The translations under genes were made by a program, and so were the position numbers. A stretch of DNA of 30,157 bases. Origin: an archaeon. GTDB lineage: Archaea; Nanobdellota; Nanobdellia; Pacearchaeales; GW2011-AR1. The notes under the pieces are model-generated. The model worked only from the letters and a program-made list of their open reading frames with translations, ran no database searches and was not told where the DNA came from. The stretch lies in contig JAZDPV010000009.1 in the NCBI GenBank assembly GCA_043797265.1, forward strand, positions 1 to 30,157. The letters are read 5' to 3'. This document shows, one piece after another, positions 8,564 through 18,188 of this stretch (the first letter of the stretch is position 1; each line of letters begins with the position of its first letter).

Positions 8564-8768
8564 GAAGGCGAGGGCGCATAGCAGCAAGAAGAGGCATTTG
8601 GGCCGGGCGCGGAGGCAGACGAACTGGGCGCCGTTTTGGACTGTGTTGAAAAAATTTGGGAAGGGAAAAAAGATTCATCCGTCGAGGATTACGCACGTCA
8701 AGAGAGCTTGGGCGAGAAACAAATTAAAAATTAAACCGAGGACCATGCGGAAGCAAAATTTAGGATGA
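8553..8768 (+). CDS. rpl39e: 50S ribosomal protein L39e
   Basis: KKRHLGRARRQTNWAPFW...KRAWARNKLK, in the conserved S19e-L39e-L31e gene order. Start at ATG 8553. Confidence 0.85.
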   Translation: MTSRKARAHSSKKRHLGRARRQTNWAPFWTVLKKFGKGKKIHPSRITHVKRAWARNKLKIKPRTMRKQNLG

Positions 8769-9526
8769 TGGCGAAAGAAGGAAAATCGGAAGGAACGGTT
8801 GGCGCAACTAAAAAGATTAAGGTTAGGGAAGTTAAGAAGTTGGATGATGTTAAGAATAGTCCGGAGAATAAGAGGGCGATTGCGGAAGCGGGGGGGAAAA
8901 TTGTTGCGGATAAAAATGAGCCGCAGATTACGCGGATGGACGCGGATTCTGGAAAGAAAACCGGGAAACCCAAGAAGGGTGAAGTGAAAGTTGAATTAGA
9001 AAGAGAATATGTTGTGCCGTTGAGGCGCGGGTTTTTGAAAGTGCCGAAGTATCGTCGGGCGAAGAAAGCGGTGAGAGTTTTGAAAGAGTTTATGGTTCGG
9101 CACATGGGTGTTCGCGACGGGGATTTAAGGAAGGTTAAGATTGATGGTTATTTAAATAATGAAATTTGGTTTCGCGGAATTAAGAAGCCGATGGGGAAGG
9201 TGAGGGTTCGGGCGAAAAAGATTGACGGGGTTGTTTATGTGGAGTTGGCTGAACTGCCGGATGTTGTGAAGTTTGCGAAGGCGAGGGATGAGAAGAGGAA
9301 GTTGGCGGCCGAGAAAGTTAAGCCGAAGAAGAAAGTTGAGAAAGAAGAGGTTGTTGATAAAGATAAGGATGGCGTCGAGGATAAAGTTGAGGAGAAGGAA
9401 GATAAGAAGGCGGGGATGGAAATGGAAATGGGGATTGAGAAAGCGGCTATGAAAAAAATGAAGCATAGCACTCAGGGCTCTCATATAAAAAAGACGATGC
9501 CGGTTAGACAGGCGTTGAAGAAGTAG
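8765..9526 (+). CDS. rpl31e: 50S ribosomal protein L31e with long N- and C-terminal extensions
   Basis: Core EREYVVPL...RAKKAVRVLKEFMVRHM...LNNEIWFRGIKKP..KVRV. Confidence 0.92.
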   Translation: MMAKEGKSEGTVGATKKIKVREVKKLDDVKNSPENKRAIAEAGGKIVADKNEPQITRMDADSGKKTGKPKKGEVKVELEREYVVPLRRGFLKVPKYRRAKKAVRVLKEFMVRHMGVRDGDLRKVKIDGYLNNEIWFRGIKKPMGKVRVRAKKIDGVVYVELAELPDVVKFAKARDEKRKLAAEKVKPKKKVEKEEVVDKDKDGVEDKVEEKEDKKAGMEMEMGIEKAAMKKMKHSTQGSHIKKTMPVRQALKK

Positions 9527-9565
9527 ATTAATAAAATTTAAAAAGATTATTGTTTATTTTTTCAG

Positions 9566-9886
9566 ATGTTATTAAGATTGGGGCATATTAAAAGGGCTGT
9601 TGATTTGGGATTTTGTGAAAGTGATTTAATTTTAATTTCTGGTTGGTATGACAGGGGTTATGACGATGGTGAAACGGCTCGTCAAAGTTGTTCGCCTCCT
9701 GAAATTTTAGAGTCAAATCTTATTCGAGATATTTTGGTTGGTGGCATCCCTGAACATTTTAAAAAAATTGGTGCTGAATGTGAGAGAAAAGTTATTGAAT
9801 TGATGGCACGAGCTTATTATGATGGATATAATGAAAGAGTTAGAGAAAGGGAGATTTTGTCGTCGGAATATTTTCCATTAGAATAG
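9566..9886 (+). CDS. Hypothetical protein
   Basis: 106-aa ATG ORF with a TATA-like TTTAAAA at about 9537-9543. Internal YDRGYD / YYDGYN similarity. Confidence 0.55.
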   Translation: MLLRLGHIKRAVDLGFCESDLILISGWYDRGYDDGETARQSCSPPEILESNLIRDILVGGIPEHFKKIGAECERKVIELMARAYYDGYNERVREREILSSEYFPLE

Positions 9887-9915
9887 TTTTTAACTTTTGA
9901 TTTATTGAGTTTGTT

Positions 9916-10623
9916 ATGGATATTATCAAGAAAGAGTTGAGGAAAGTTGCCGGCGCTGAGCGGGTGAAAAATTTGCAGAAATATTTCAGGACTGGGATTG
10001 GGCAGTATGGGGAGGGGGATGTTTTTATTGGAGTGAGCGTGCCGGAATTGAGGCGGATTGCGAGAAAACATTGGGATAGAATTTTGTTGGGTGATGTTGA
10101 AAAATTATTTATGTCTGAGATTCATGAAGAGAGGCTGGTTGGAATTTTGATTTTGGTTGAAAAATTTGCGTCGCAAGAGGACAGAGAAGAAATTTATAAT
10201 TTTTATTTGAAAAATTTGAAGGGTGTTAATAACTGGGATTTGGTTGATTTGTCGGCGCCGAAAATTGTCGGTGAGTTTTTGTTAGATGGCAACAGAAGTG
10301 TTCTGGATGAGCTGGCGTCGTCGGAGAATTTGTGGGAGAGACGGATTGCAATTGTTTCGACTTTTGCTTTTATTCGGGTTGGGGAGTTTGATGATGCGTT
10401 GAGGATTGGGAAGGTTTTGTTGAAAGATAAACACGATTTGATTCATAAGGCGGTGGGATGGATGTTGCGCGAGGTTGGAAAACGGGATGAGGAAGTTTTG
10501 AAAAAGTTTTTGAGGGAGAATTATTCGGATTTGCCGAGGATAACTTTGAGATATGCGATTGAGAGATTTGGGGAAGAGGAGAGAAAGAAATGGATGAGGG
10601 GAGATTACCTTATTTTTTTATAA
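9916..10623 (+). CDS. DNA alkylation repair enzyme (AlkD-like HEAT-repeat glycosylase)
   Basis: NNWDLVD, NLWERR, HKAVGWMLRE and LRYAIE. Confidence 0.9.
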   Translation: MDIIKKELRKVAGAERVKNLQKYFRTGIGQYGEGDVFIGVSVPELRRIARKHWDRILLGDVEKLFMSEIHEERLVGILILVEKFASQEDREEIYNFYLKNLKGVNNWDLVDLSAPKIVGEFLLDGNRSVLDELASSENLWERRIAIVSTFAFIRVGEFDDALRIGKVLLKDKHDLIHKAVGWMLREVGKRDEEVLKKFLRENYSDLPRITLRYAIERFGEEERKKWMRGDYLIFL

Positions 10624-13454
10624 TAGTAAAAAATAACGATAATTGAGATAATTGCTATGACCACAACTATTGCCCAATAAGTGACTGGTGCTTTATTGTT
10701 TTCTAAAGTTTCGGCTACTTGTGTTTGATTGGCTGTTTCTTGAGTTTGGGTATTGTTGATTTCGCTGACTAAGATTTCTTCTGATATTGTTTTCATTAAT
10801 AGTTTTGCCGTAGAATTTGTGGCTGATTCTAATTTGACTGAAAAATCATAAAAGTTGTCGTCGGTGAGTTCGAATTTTGCTTCGTCGTTCACATTAAGAG
10901 TTTTTCTTTGTGGTTCTGATGAAACTGTTATTATGACGCTGGTGTTGTCGATGGAATTAATTGTTAGTTCGTGGCTTTCATTTCCAATGTAGAATTTAAC
11001 TTTTGTGTCCTCGGGGATTGTTAGAGTGTATCCCTCTGCGAGTTGGTTCTTTGTTGGATAGTAAGTTGAGATTGTGCTACCACCGCCTCCGGATGAACTG
11101 GTTGTTGTATCGGTTGCTGTTGCTGGAGCGCTATATCCTTCGATGATTTTGAAGTAGGTGAAGTGAGATACATTAAATGTGAATGTTCCTCCCGTGGTGA
11201 AACTGAAGTTGACGCAAGTGGGATTTGTGGCTGTGGTGCAATTTGTCCATGCTACATTATCGGAACTATATTGGATTTTGGGGGTTGTGAAAGATACGCT
11301 ATAAAATGATATGTTTGCGCTTTTATTTAGTCCTGCGTTGTTTGATGAGTTGACGAAGACTGAATTATTTTCTACATCAACGTCGCTGCTAAGGTGAGTT
11401 CCGGTTCCATTTATTGCTTCCAAAAATACAATTTCTCCGAAACTTGGCTCTTCAAAAATAACTTTCCCTCCAGCTCCTGCAAACGAGTAGTTTGCAAAAT
11501 TAATACCCTCAATCCTTGTTCCATCAATGCCCGCGGTAGAAAAATTAATGTCGAGATAAGATGAGTTTGTGTTTGTTATGGTTATACTTGTAAAGTTATT
11601 GTTATCTGATGTTGCTCCTGCTAAAAGAACCGCATCTTGCCGAGAATTATTTATATTAATACTTGTGAATGAATTACTTGAACTCGAGGAGATGTAGATT
11701 CCATTTGAGAAGTTTGATATTGTTCCATTTAAAACTGTTGTGGAGTTGTAACCGGTGATGTTGATGCCGTGATTTGTTGTGTTCCCGGTTATCGTGAATC
11801 CTGCGAAGTCGAGGGTGATTCCGTTTGCTGTAATGTTGAAGCAGGTTCCGTTTGAGGATAGGCTTGTGTTTAGGGAGTAATATCTATTTGCTGTGCTTAA
11901 TGTTCCGCAGGCGGATGTTGTGCTGATATAGTTGGTAAGAGGGAGGTAATCTCTTTCGTCTCTGTTGCTAATTAATCTGTATTCAGAATCACAGAAATAA
12001 TCGGCGTTTAAGCTTGCGCAAGAATCAGAGTATCCGCTTCCATTGATGTTTGTCCAGAAGTTCCCTCCGATATATGTTTTCCCGACGATGTTTGTTGAGG
12101 TTGTGTTTGTTGTGTTGAAGTAGTTTAAGTTGCTGTCGTTGATGAACACGCCGGAGCCGGATGTTGATGTGTTGAAGATGTTGTTGTAGATTGATTGGTT
12201 TCCGGAGGTTGTAAGGTAGAGAATGTAAGATGTTGCTGAGCCGGTTTCGATGATGTTATTTGCGAAGGTGTTATTGTGAGATTGGTTTGAGTAGATTCCG
12301 TAAGCGTAAGTGCCTGAGGTTGTGATGTTGTTTGAGGTGAAATTGGAGTTGGAGTCTTGGTTGAGATTGAAGCCGTAGACATACGTGCCGGAAGTTGTGA
12401 TTATGTTGGCGTAGAAAAGGAGTGGCGTTTCTGAATTGATTGAGTAAATTCCATTACCTAAGTTTCCGGTGGCGTTGATTGTGTTTGAGGTGATGTTTAC
12501 GCCTTGAAGGTCTGACAAGAATATTCCGTCGCCGACGAGTCCCGTTGCAGTTATTACATTATTTTCGATTGAATGGTTGTAACAACTCCATACCCAGATT
12601 CCTGCGTTGTCGTAGCCGGACATTATTATTGTGTTCGTGCTGACATTTATGCCGTCGGTGTTGGACTCTAACCAGATTCCGCCCATTGCTGTGTTGTTAG
12701 TGGTGCTCCAATTTCCTATGGCTGTGACGGTGTTGTTGTAAACTAATCCTGAAGACCCATCTGCCATTTTAATTCCCGATGCGTCTTCGCCTGATGTTGT
12801 GATTGTGTTGGAATTGATATTTGCTGATGTTCCGTTTTCGCCGAATAAAATTCCGTATGCCAATGTGCCGGAGGTTGTTATGCTATTAAGATTGATGTCC
12901 CCGCCTGTTGCTGATTGGTCTATCATAATTCCGTAGGCTTCGGTTTCTAAAGTTGTGATTGTATTTAGTGTAACATTCGCGCCTGTTGAGTTGTCATTGA
13001 AACTTATTCCTTTGCTGTCTGCGCCGATGGTTAGGATTGTGTTATTGTAGATTGTTATGTTTGTTGAGTTTGCTCCGACTTGAATTCCTGCGTCTCCTTC
13101 GCCAGTTGTGTTTTGAATAATTATGCAATTTTTGATTGTTATATTGTTGAATGTTGTTCCAGTGGATTCGTCAAAAATGTAAATTCCTGCTCCGCCTGTT
13201 GCGTTCCCGTAAGTGATGTTGTAGCCGGCGCAATCGAGGATGATGCTTTCGTTTGTGATTGTGAGACAATCGCCGTCTGCTCCTGAGCCGAGTGATTGAT
13301 TTAGTGTGTAAGTTGCGTAAGAAGTATTTAGGGTTCCGCAATCTGTGACGTTTTGGGTTGCTGTTCCGTCGTCGACGAAGTCTGCTGAAATGAAATGTAT
13401 TAATGCTATTGATAAGAGTATGAGTAGCGTAAAAACTATCATCTCTTTTTTCAT
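10605..13454 (-). CDS. Cell-surface glycoprotein with parallel beta-helix (NosD/CASH-like) repeats
   Basis: Signal peptide, repeated N-ITT-G---YGI units, GGNFW motif, many N-x-S/T sequons, S/G linker, C-terminal TM helix with basic tail. Confidence 0.85.
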   Translation of the reverse strand: MKKEMIVFTLLILLSIALIHFISADFVDDGTATQNVTDCGTLNTSYATYTLNQSLGSGADGDCLTITNESIILDCAGYNITYGNATGGAGIYIFDESTGTTFNNITIKNCIIIQNTTGEGDAGIQVGANSTNITIYNNTILTIGADSKGISFNDNSTGANVTLNTITTLETEAYGIMIDQSATGGDINLNSITTSGTLAYGILFGENGTSANINSNTITTSGEDASGIKMADGSSGLVYNNTVTAIGNWSTTNNTAMGGIWLESNTDGINVSTNTIIMSGYDNAGIWVWSCYNHSIENNVITATGLVGDGIFLSDLQGVNITSNTINATGNLGNGIYSINSETPLLFYANIITTSGTYVYGFNLNQDSNSNFTSNNITTSGTYAYGIYSNQSHNNTFANNIIETGSATSYILYLTTSGNQSIYNNIFNTSTSGSGVFINDSNLNYFNTTNTTSTNIVGKTYIGGNFWTNINGSGYSDSCASLNADYFCDSEYRLISNRDERDYLPLTNYISTTSACGTLSTANRYYSLNTSLSSNGTCFNITANGITLDFAGFTITGNTTNHGINITGYNSTTVLNGTISNFSNGIYISSSSSNSFTSININNSRQDAVLLAGATSDNNNFTSITITNTNSSYLDINFSTAGIDGTRIEGINFANYSFAGAGGKVIFEEPSFGEIVFLEAINGTGTHLSSDVDVENNSVFVNSSNNAGLNKSANISFYSVSFTTPKIQYSSDNVAWTNCTTATNPTCVNFSFTTGGTFTFNVSHFTYFKIIEGYSAPATATDTTTSSSGGGGSTISTYYPTKNQLAEGYTLTIPEDTKVKFYIGNESHELTINSIDNTSVIITVSSEPQRKTLNVNDEAKFELTDDNFYDFSVKLESATNSTAKLLMKTISEEILVSEINNTQTQETANQTQVAETLENNKAPVTYWAIVVVIAIISIIVIFYYYKKIR

Positions 13455-13514
13455 ATTTTATTTAACTCGTCGATGTTTAAAAATCTATTTAAAGTGCTGG
13501 ATGAATGTTTTTAG

Positions 13515-14411
13515 ATGGAAAAATTACTTAATTTTGGGCTGGTGAATATTGATAAGCCGGCGGGGCCGACGTCGTTTTCGGTTTCGGAGTTTGTGCGACG
13601 GGAGTTGGGACTTTCTAAAACTTCTCATATGGGAACGCTTGACCCGAAGGTGACTGGAGTTTTGCCGATTACTTTGGGACGGGCTTGTAAGTTGGCAGAA
13701 TATTTTATTAGGCATGATAAAACTTATGTCGGGATTTTAGAGACGCATCGGGTTTGTGATATTGTTGAGTTGCAGAAGTTGATTGATAAGAATTTTGTCG
13801 GGAAGATTAGGCAGACGCCGCCGCATCGTTCGGCTGTTGCGCGAGTTGAAAGGGAGAGGGAGGTTTATTATTGGAAATTATTGGAAGCGTCGCTTCCAGA
13901 GAAAATAGATAATAGAAAATTGAAAATAGAAAGAGAGGGAAAGAGTTTTTTGTTTGAGTGCAAGGTTGAGGGTGGGACTTATATTAGGAAGTTGTGCTCG
14001 GATTTGGGCGAGATGATTGGCGGGGCGAACATGGGGGAACTGCGAAGAATTCGCGCTGGCGAATTCTTCGAGGTGTCAGGTGTCAGGTGTCAGGTGTCAG
14101 GACGACTTGTTAGTTTGTATGAATTTGAGAGAGCAGTTGAGGAATGGAAAAAAGGAAATGAAAGTTTGTTGAGAGAAATGGTTGTGCCGGCTGAGGATGC
14201 GATTAGGAAAGTTTTGTCTGAGGTTGAGGTTGATAAGTCGGCGTTGAAGTCGTTGTATATTGGTCGTCCTTTGTTGAAGAGTAATGTTGTTTCTGGGGAT
14301 GTTAAGAAAGGGGAGAAATTTGCGGCTTTTTGTGGGGATGTTTTTGTTGGAGTTTATCGTGCGACTGGTGAAGATAGTATTTTTGGGCGAGCTGAGTTTG
14401 TGAAGAATTGA
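13515..14411 (+). CDS. cbf5: Pseudouridine synthase Cbf5/TruB family
   Basis: IDKPAGPTS, HMGTLDPKVTG (catalytic Asp), QTPPHRSAV, GTYIRKLC and ELRRIR. Two repeat-derived insertions. Confidence 0.93.
   Translation: MEKLLNFGLVNIDKPAGPTSFSVSEFVRRELGLSKTSHMGTLDPKVTGVLPITLGRACKLAEYFIRHDKTYVGILETHRVCDIVELQKLIDKNFVGKIRQTPPHRSAVARVEREREVYYWKLLEASLPEKIDNRKLKIEREGKSFLFECKVEGGTYIRKLCSDLGEMIGGANMGELRRIRAGEFFEVSGVRCQVSGRLVSLYEFERAVEEWKKGNESLLREMVVPAEDAIRKVLSEVEVDKSALKSLYIGRPLLKSNVVSGDVKKGEKFAAFCGDVFVGVYRATGEDSIFGRAEFVKN
14071..14101 (+). repeat. 7-bp tandem repeat (AGGTGTC)x4 inside cbf5
   Basis: Perfect repeat read directly; encodes EVSGVRCQVSG. Confidence 0.95.
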
Positions 14412-14464
14412 TATATAGTTTGTAGGATAGATTTATTTTTAAGTGGGGGTTTCGTAGTTTTGGG

Positions 14465-16498
14465 ATGGAAGAGGATGGAGAGGTGAAGGGGGCGATAAAT
14501 CAGGATGAGTTTTTGGGTGAGGCGAAGGAATTTTTTGAGGTGAACAGGAAAGAGGTCGGAAGAATTGCGAAGGGCGGGGAGAAGGTTGTGGATGTTGATT
14601 TTGATGATTTGTCAGCGCATTCGCCGGGGTTGTCTGAGGCGTTGATTGACAGGCCTGAAGAAACGGTGCAGATGCTTGAGGTTGCTCTTGAAGAATTAGA
14701 GTGGGCGCCTAATGATGCGAGGGTTCGGTTGACGAGTATTTCGAAAGGGCAGGAACTTTTTATCAGGAATATCAGGTCGAAGTATTTGGGGAAGATGATT
14801 GGGATTGAAGGGATTGTGAGGAAGGCGTCGGAGGTGCGGCCGTTGGTTACGAATGCGAAGTTTGAGTGCCCGAGTTGCGGGACAATTATTTCGGTTTTAC
14901 AGATTGACAAGAAGTTCAAGGAGCCGACGAGGTGCTCGTGTGGGCGGCGGGGTGGGTTCAAAGAAATTTCGAAAGACATGGTTGATGCGCAGGTTTTGAC
15001 GATTGAGGAAGCGAGTGATAATTTGCATGGGGGCGAGCAGCCGAAGAGGATGACGATTTTTTTGAAGGAAGATTTGGTTGACCCGAACATGGAGATGAGG
15101 ACGACGCCAGGGAGCCGAGTTAAGATTATCGGTATTTTGAAAGAGATTGCTTTGTCGTCGTCGTCGGGCGCGATTTTGACGCGGTTTGATTTGGCGATTG
15201 AGGCGAATAATATTATTCCGCTGGAGGAAAGTTATGAAGAGGTTGATATTGACGAGGAGAGCGAGAGGACGATTCGCGAGTTGGCGATGAGTCCGGATTT
15301 GATGAAGAAGATGGTTGATAGTATTGCGCCGTCGATTTGGGGGCATCGGGATGTGAAGGCGGCGTTGGCGTTTCAATTGTTTGGGGGAGTGAAGAAGACG
15401 CGGAGTGATGGAACAAAAATGAGAGGTGATATTCATGTTTTACTGGTTGGGGACCCGGGAGTTGCGAAGTCGGTGATGCTGGGATTTATTGCGGGGGTTG
15501 CTCCGAAGGCACGGTATGTTTCGGGGAAGTCGTCGACTGGTGCGGGGTTGACAGCGACGGTTGTTAAGGATGAGTTGTTGAGGGGTTGGAGTTTGGAGGC
15601 GGGGGCGATGGTTTTAGCGAACAAGGGAATTGTTTGCATCGATGAGTTTGACAAGATGAACGAGGAGGACAGGAGCACGATGCACGAGGCGATGGAGCAA
15701 CAGACGGTGACGATTTCGAAAGCGACGGTGCAGGCGACTTTGCGTTCACAGACATCTGTTTTGGCGGCGGCGAATCCGAAGTTTGGGCGATTTGACCCGT
15801 TGCAATCTATTCCGAAGCAAGTTAATTTGGCGCCGTCGTTGTTGTCGAGATTTGACGCGATTTTTATCATGAGAGATATTCCAAGCAGGAAGGACGACGA
15901 GGCGATTGCGACGCACGTTTTGCTGGAGCACAAACAGGAAGCGAAACACGATGTGATTGATAATGATTTGTTGAGGAAATATATTTCTTATGCGAGGCAG
16001 AAGTTTGACCCGGTTTTGACGGACGAGGCGGTTAAGGTTATGAAGGAATTTTATGTCGGGTTGAGGAATATGCCGCAGATTGGGGATGGGCCGTCGAAGC
16101 CGATTCCGATTGGGGCGAGGCAGTTGGAGGCGATGGTGCGGTTGGCGGAGGCGCATGCGAGGATGAGGTTGAGTAAGAAGGTCGAGGTTGCGGACGCGGT
16201 TGAGGCGATTGATTTGGTCAAGAGTTATTTAATGCAGGTCGGATATGATAAGGACACAAAGACATTTGATGTTGACAGGATTACGGGGACCTCGGCGTCG
16301 TCGAGGAATAAGATTCATATTGTGCAGGAGACGATTGAAAATTTAGAGAAGAGGATGGGGAAGTTGATTCCGTTCGAGGAAATAACGAAAGCGTTGGCGG
16401 GAAAGATGAGCGAGGTTGATATTGATGAAGTTGTTGGGAAATTGTTGAAGGAAGGGGATTTGTTCAGGCCGAGGAGAGGGTTTGTGCAACGCATGTAA
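14465..16498 (+). CDS. mcm: MCM replicative helicase (no intein)
   Basis: Zn finger CPSC..CSC, Walker A GDPGVAKS, Walker B IDEFDKM, arginine finger SRFD, C-terminal winged helix. Confidence 0.98.
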   Translation: MEEDGEVKGAINQDEFLGEAKEFFEVNRKEVGRIAKGGEKVVDVDFDDLSAHSPGLSEALIDRPEETVQMLEVALEELEWAPNDARVRLTSISKGQELFIRNIRSKYLGKMIGIEGIVRKASEVRPLVTNAKFECPSCGTIISVLQIDKKFKEPTRCSCGRRGGFKEISKDMVDAQVLTIEEASDNLHGGEQPKRMTIFLKEDLVDPNMEMRTTPGSRVKIIGILKEIALSSSSGAILTRFDLAIEANNIIPLEESYEEVDIDEESERTIRELAMSPDLMKKMVDSIAPSIWGHRDVKAALAFQLFGGVKKTRSDGTKMRGDIHVLLVGDPGVAKSVMLGFIAGVAPKARYVSGKSSTGAGLTATVVKDELLRGWSLEAGAMVLANKGIVCIDEFDKMNEEDRSTMHEAMEQQTVTISKATVQATLRSQTSVLAAANPKFGRFDPLQSIPKQVNLAPSLLSRFDAIFIMRDIPSRKDDEAIATHVLLEHKQEAKHDVIDNDLLRKYISYARQKFDPVLTDEAVKVMKEFYVGLRNMPQIGDGPSKPIPIGARQLEAMVRLAEAHARMRLSKKVEVADAVEAIDLVKSYLMQVGYDKDTKTFDVDRITGTSASSRNKIHIVQETIENLEKRMGKLIPFEEITKALAGKMSEVDIDEVVGKLLKEGDLFRPRRGFVQRM

Positions 16499-16605
16499 AT
16501 TGCTTTGCAATCGGAAAAGTTCACAAACTTCGTTTGTGGAAAAGTTCAGCTTCGCTGGATGAGTTCAGTCGCTTTGCGACTGGAAGAGTTCACGCTTCGC
16601 GTGGA
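16499..16605. repeat. Array of mini-hairpins with constant flanks
   Basis: Four AGTTCA-[arm]-TTY-[reverse-complement arm]-TGGA units, preceded by ATTGC-TTT-GCAAT. Confidence 0.85.
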
Positions 16606-16681
16606 GGCTTGGCGGTTGTGTTACTTTTGTTGAATAGTTACAAATGGAAACATTTAAATAGTTGTTTATTATCATTATATT

Positions 16682-17833
16682 ATGATAACAAAAAGAGAGA
16701 ACTCGTTGAAGGGGAAGTTGATTTCGTTAGCTTTGGCGGGATTATCTTTTTTGCCGTCGACAAAGTTGAAAGGGGAAGATGTGAATCCCAAAGATTATTT
16801 GCCGATGCCTCAAAAGAGAGTTATTGAGCTGGATTTTGATAATCCTCTTGCTACGGCTGAATCTCGGGCGAAGGCCAATTATTCTGCTGGACAGGCCGTG
16901 GATTATGTTTTGAATAAATCTGAGGATGATTCTTTTGTTTGGAGGATGGGGAAGACTGCTGTAGATTTGTATGCTGGATATGCTTCTTCTTATGTTTTTC
17001 ATGAGGCCGGGCATGAGGGGGATGGTTTAAAATTTGAAGGGGGTTTTAGAAATACCGGGGTGCCGAAAGTTGCGCCGACGGGAAAATCGCTTGGTTCGGT
17101 TAGAGATAGGTTGCAATATTTTGCGGATGGTATAAATCAAAATAGTTTTAATTCGAATTTGATTTGGGAGAATGGGCAGAGATTTGGGAAATTTGACGAC
17201 GCTGGGTTTTTGTTTAATTCGCCTTATGGTGCGTTTTATGTTCCTGGTGATGTGAGAAGTAATGGGAATACTACTAATGACTTGGAGGGTTATTGTGAAG
17301 CGTTGCGGGAAAAGGGAATTGGGGAAACTCCGGAAAGTTTGAAAGGGAAATCTTTGGTCGTGAATGCTTTGACTTTTCAGAATTATGCGAGTGTTTGGAA
17401 TTTGATTAATTATGCCGTTAGGGGGAAGACAAATAATGAGCCGATGACTTTTAGCGTTGGGAACGCGGAGATTACGCCGCCGATTTTTAGTCATTATTTG
17501 ACTGACAAGGGAAGTTATTTTCAGGGGGATGTTTTTGTTAATCCTCGAGGGGAAATGCCTTTGAAAATTTCGGCTGGTTCGCAGGATGATAAGTTTAGGG
17601 CGGGTGTGAAATTATATGATTTGGATTTGACTGATAAATTAAGTTTTAATCCGTATGTTTATACGGATAGTTCTGGTGGACATTCGATTGGGAGTGATGT
17701 TTCGTATGAGTTGTCTGATAGTTTGAGATTGACCGCGAGGGTTGAACATAACGACGAGGATATTTTGGAAAGCGGTGTTAAGGGTGAGGGGAATGGGGTT
17801 AATGTTACGGCTGGGGTTGAGATTAGATTTTAG
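16682..17833 (+). CDS. Exported hypothetical protein with HExxH motif and beta-strand-rich C-terminus
   Basis: Signal-peptide-like N-terminus, HEAGH, alternating hydrophobic strands ending in VTAGVEIRF. Confidence 0.75.
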   Translation: MITKRENSLKGKLISLALAGLSFLPSTKLKGEDVNPKDYLPMPQKRVIELDFDNPLATAESRAKANYSAGQAVDYVLNKSEDDSFVWRMGKTAVDLYAGYASSYVFHEAGHEGDGLKFEGGFRNTGVPKVAPTGKSLGSVRDRLQYFADGINQNSFNSNLIWENGQRFGKFDDAGFLFNSPYGAFYVPGDVRSNGNTTNDLEGYCEALREKGIGETPESLKGKSLVVNALTFQNYASVWNLINYAVRGKTNNEPMTFSVGNAEITPPIFSHYLTDKGSYFQGDVFVNPRGEMPLKISAGSQDDKFRAGVKLYDLDLTDKLSFNPYVYTDSSGGHSIGSDVSYELSDSLRLTARVEHNDEDILESGVKGEGNGVNVTAGVEIRF

Positions 17834-17843
17834 TTTTGTTATT

Positions 17844-18188
17844 TTATTTGTATCCGAATTTGTTGTCGTAGGTTGGGTGGTCGATTATGTCGAGGACGAA
17901 AGTGATTATTTCGATTTCTTCGTTGTTTGTTAAAGTGTAGAGCATTCGCCAGAAAGCGGGAAGTTCTACTCTGAATAAATTGCTTATTGTGTATTTTATT
18001 TTGTATTCTTCTGGGATTAGGTTTTTTGCGATTGGGTCTCCGTAATGAATATTTGATTTTATTAGGTCGATTTTATTATTGATTGCTTTTAGAATCATTC
18101 TTGATTGCTTGTTTAATTCTGATTCGGAATTTAATTTTTTGTAGACTTCTTCTGCTTCGGGCGATAAGATGATTCTTACCGTTTTCAT
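17844..18188 (-). CDS. RelE/ParE-like putative toxin
   Basis: NLFRVELPAFWRMLY...VLDIIDHPTYDNKFGY. Start reset to 18188, giving an ATGA overlap with the upstream gene. Confidence 0.65.
   Translation of the reverse strand: MKTVRIILSPEAEEVYKKLNSESELNKQSRMILKAINNKIDLIKSNIHYGDPIAKNLIPEEYKIKYTISNLFRVELPAFWRMLYTLTNNEEIEIITFVLDIIDHPTYDNKFGYK

Noticed and set aside
14500-16156. Antisense ORFs within mcm, and a possible MCM intein
   Set aside because: The ORFs are shadow frames. MCM is 677 aa with contiguous motifs and no Hint blocks.
16534-16827. 97-aa ORF over the hairpin array
   Set aside because: TTG start, overlaps the 16682 gene out of frame, and its N-terminus is repeat-derived.
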